Shown: piece after piece, positions 61,397-64,000 of the stretch | How positions within the stretch are numbered: position 1 is the stretch's first letter | How the letters are laid out: the number at the start of each line of letters is the position of its first letter | From: Gemmatimonadota bacterium | GTDB lineage: Bacteria > Gemmatimonadota > Gemmatimonadetes > Palauibacterales > Palauibacteraceae | Assembly (NCBI GenBank): GCA_046758745.1 | Contig: JBHIAV010000010.1 | Location: forward strand, 1 to 64,000 | Direction: 5' to 3' | Length of the DNA stretch: 64,000 nucleotides | Notes under the pieces: model-generated | What the model was told of the DNA's origin: nothing | Database searches by the model: none | Seen by the model: only the letters and a program-made list of their open reading frames with translations | Made by a program: the position numbers and the translations under genes

Positions 61397-62727
61397 GCCT
61401 CCTCTTCGGCGACCGGAAGCTCGATCCGGAAGCTCGTCCCCGAGTCCGAACTCTCCAGCATGATCGCGCCGTGGTGCATGTTGCGAATGATACGCCGCGT
61501 CAGCGAGAGGCCGACACCCCAGCCGCCCTCTTTGGTCGAGACCCCGAGGTCGAAGATGCGGTCTCGGATGGCGGGAGGCACACCGGGCCCGGAATCCGCT
61601 ACCCGATAAACGGCCCGCTCTCCGATCACGCCCAGCGAGCTGACGCGGATCCATCCCTCCTGACCGGCCAGGGCGTCGATCGCGTTTTTGACCAGGTTTT
61701 CGAACGCCCACTCGAGCAGCGTTTCGTTACCCAGGACCCGGATCTCACCGGGCTCGATCGCCAGGTCGAGCCTGGTGCGGCTGCCGAGCGTGGGGAGACG
61801 CGTGGCGAAGTATCGCCCGAGGCGCGTGACGATCTCCCCGACATCCACGGGACCCAGCTCCGGGGGACGCCCGATGAGCTCGAAGCGACGTGAGACCTTA
61901 TGGAGCCGCCCGACGTCGGTCGCCATCTCCTCGAGCACAAGGCTGTCGACGGTCACGCGCGTGCCCCGGCCCGCCGCCCGGGACGTAGCATCGAGCCTCT
62001 CCCCGCGCTCCTCCCCCACCGCACCCGTCTCCCCCGACGGCCGGTCCGGACGCGGCTCCGATCGGACCGGCAGCGTCGTGGCTGCGGACACCGCGGCTCC
62101 CTCGCCCTCGGCTTCACGGGGCGCGGCGTCCAGGTGCTCCAGCCATCCGACCAGCGAGCTGAGGGGCGTACCCATCTGATGTGCCGACTCGCGTGCCATG
62201 GCGGACCAGATGCGTTCCCGCTCCCCGCGAAAACCCGTGCGTATCACCCACACGCCCGTTCCTGCCACCCCGAGCAGGAGGGCCGCCTGCAGCCATGGGA
62301 TCCACTTGAGCCGGCGGAGGAAGAGCGGCTCACCGTAGTGGATCACCACGTCGGCGTCGGGAACGACGATGGGCGGGTTGCGCAGATCGAGGGTTGCCGC
62401 GTACTCGCCGATCCGGCGCGCTCCATCCGGGTCGGCGAAGTCGGCATCGAACGGCAGATTCGCCGGCTGCTGGTTCGGCGTGCCCGCCGTGTCCGTGAGC
62501 ACCACCGGCACCTGCAGCGCATACAGCTCGCCCAGAAGGGCGAACTCGGCCTCCGCCGTCCAACCCTCGGGCGAAGCTGCGCTGTTCACAACCTGGAAGT
62601 AGATGCGGCTGAACGCCGCCGCGTCGCGCCGCAGCTCGCCCGCCAGCTGCGACGTATAGACGAGGAAGGAGATGAGGAGGCCGGCGAAGGCGAAGGCGAT
62701 CGCGACCGCCACCACCCGGCGCGTCAC
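61393..62727 (-). CDS. Membrane sensor histidine kinase (orphan)
   Basis: Two TM helices, H-box ARESAHQMGTPLSSL, N-box ENLVKNAIDA, DSGPG, GWGVGL. GTG overlaps the serS stop. Confidence 0.9.
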   Translation of the reverse strand: MTRRVVAVAIAFAFAGLLISFLVYTSQLAGELRRDAAAFSRIYFQVVNSAASPEGWTAEAEFALLGELYALQVPVVLTDTAGTPNQQPANLPFDADFADPDGARRIGEYAATLDLRNPPIVVPDADVVIHYGEPLFLRRLKWIPWLQAALLLGVAGTGVWVIRTGFRGERERIWSAMARESAHQMGTPLSSLVGWLEHLDAAPREAEGEGAAVSAATTLPVRSEPRPDRPSGETGAVGEERGERLDATSRAAGRGTRVTVDSLVLEEMATDVGRLHKVSRRFELIGRPPELGPVDVGEIVTRLGRYFATRLPTLGSRTRLDLAIEPGEIRVLGNETLLEWAFENLVKNAIDALAGQEGWIRVSSLGVIGERAVYRVADSGPGVPPAIRDRIFDLGVSTKEGGWGVGLSLTRRIIRNMHHGAIMLESSDSGTSFRIELPVAEEEA

Positions 62728-63998
62728 GGTGCTTCCAACCGCTCCATGCCCATGCGCGAACGCAGGACTTCGGGAACCCACACGCTTCCGTCCGCTTCCT
62801 GGTTGTTCTCGAGGATCGCCGCGATGGTGCGCGCGAGAGCGACGCCGGACCCGTTGAGCGTGTGGACAAAGCGGGGCCGCTTTCCATCGGCCGGCCGGTA
62901 TCGGATCCCCGCTCTGCGCGCCTGATAGTCCATGAACGACGAACAGCTCGATACCTCCAGCCACTTCCCGACGCCGGCCGACCACACCTCCAGGTCGTAC
63001 TGGATGGCGCTCGAGAATCCGAGCTCTCCCGCCGGAAGCAGGATCCGCCGATACGGGAGCCCGAGGAGCTCGAGCACCCGCTCCGCGTGCCGCGTGAGGC
63101 GCTCGAGCTCCGCGTCCGAGTCCTCGGGGGTGGTGAATCGCACGAGCTCCACCTTGTCGAACTGATGAACGCGCAGGAGACCTCGTGTGTCGCGCCCCGC
63201 CGCTCCTGCCTCCCGGCGGAAGCACGGCGTGTACGCCACGTAGGCGAGCGGCAGGGTCGATCCGTCGATGATCTCGTCGCGATGGAGGTTCGTGACCGGT
63301 ACCTCGGCCGTTGGCACGAGGAAGAGGTCGTCAGCCGCCGTGTGGTACACATCCTCCTCGAACTTCGGGAGCTGCCCGGTGCCTATGAGGGAGTTCCTCG
63401 TCACGAGGAGGGGTGGGGCAACCTCCACGTAGCCGTGCTCCTCGACGTGCAGCTCCAGCATGAAATCGATGAGCACACGGGTGAGCCGCGCGCCAGCACC
63501 CACGAAAAGGGGGAATCCTGAGCCGGCGATGCGGGCCCCTCGCTCCAGGTCCAGGATTCCCAGGGACGCGGCGAGCTCCCAATGGGGGCGTGGCTCGAAG
63601 GGAAGATCGGGCGGGTCGCCCCGGCCACCGAGGACCTCGCCCTCGCCCCCGGCCGGCACGCGCGGGCTCGGTCGGTTCGGGATGTTGAGCAGGGCGGAGT
63701 CGAGCTCCCCTTCCACCCCCATCAGCTCGCTGTCGAGGGCCCGAATGCGCTCCGCCACCCCCTGCATGGAGGCGATGAGCTCCGACGCATCCGTGCCTTT
63801 CCGCTTGAGGTCCCCGATCTTGCGAGAGACCTCGTTGCGTCGCGCCTTGAGCTCTTCCACGCAAGCGATGATCCGACGGCGCTCTTCGTCAAGAGAGAGG
63901 GCGTGGTCGAACGCCTCGAGGGCGGCCGAGTTCCCGCGCCGCCCGAGGGCCGCCCGCACCTCCGTCGGGCTCGCGCGCAGCATCTTGATGTCCAACAT
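62724..63998 (-). CDS. serS: Serine--tRNA ligase
   Basis: MLDIK, GTGQLPKF, LVPTAEVP, CFRREAG, RVHQFDKVE, YDLEVW, HTLNGSG. Confidence 0.97.
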   Translation of the reverse strand: MLDIKMLRASPTEVRAALGRRGNSAALEAFDHALSLDEERRRIIACVEELKARRNEVSRKIGDLKRKGTDASELIASMQGVAERIRALDSELMGVEGELDSALLNIPNRPSPRVPAGGEGEVLGGRGDPPDLPFEPRPHWELAASLGILDLERGARIAGSGFPLFVGAGARLTRVLIDFMLELHVEEHGYVEVAPPLLVTRNSLIGTGQLPKFEEDVYHTAADDLFLVPTAEVPVTNLHRDEIIDGSTLPLAYVAYTPCFRREAGAAGRDTRGLLRVHQFDKVELVRFTTPEDSDAELERLTRHAERVLELLGLPYRRILLPAGELGFSSAIQYDLEVWSAGVGKWLEVSSCSSFMDYQARRAGIRYRPADGKRPRFVHTLNGSGVALARTIAAILENNQEADGSVWVPEVLRSRMGMERLEAP

Positions 63999-64000
63999 GG

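Overview
High-GC (about 70% by eye) bacterial chromosomal segment, most likely Gemmatimonadota/FCB group (inferred from gene order and protein types, not from a search). It is almost all core housekeeping genes, mostly on the minus strand and often coupled by ATGA/GTGA overlaps. Right to left: serS, orphan histidine kinase, pcrA/uvrD, gatCAB, amidohydrolase, a divergent DUF948-like/Zn-phospholipase C pair, murA, pgeF, rimP-nusA-L7Ae-infB-DUF503-rbfA-truB-ribF-rpsO-pnp, M16 peptidase, ald, mreBCD-mrdA-rodA, accD-folC, bacilliredoxin, hisS-proS-guaA-Nif3, mlaEFD, hsp20-clpB, mce, trxA-rsmI, an envelope cluster of unknown function, valS and an Ig-like lipoprotein. I found no tRNA, rRNA, CRISPR array, integrase or transposase. 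The best lead for an undescribed system is the coupled DUF4175-like/TPR/secreted GATase-like/aminotransferase operon followed by a TonB/TolA-anchor protein (4.2-13 kb). Other oddities: a clpB split by a one-base frameshift, an OPT-transporter relic fused to a lipoprotein, an AT-rich TTGAA/TTCAA palindrome array on the rpsO promoter, sigma-54-type promoters, a rimP leader attenuator, an Asp-type MurA and two genes lacking canonical starts. Family names come from remembered motifs; no database search was run.
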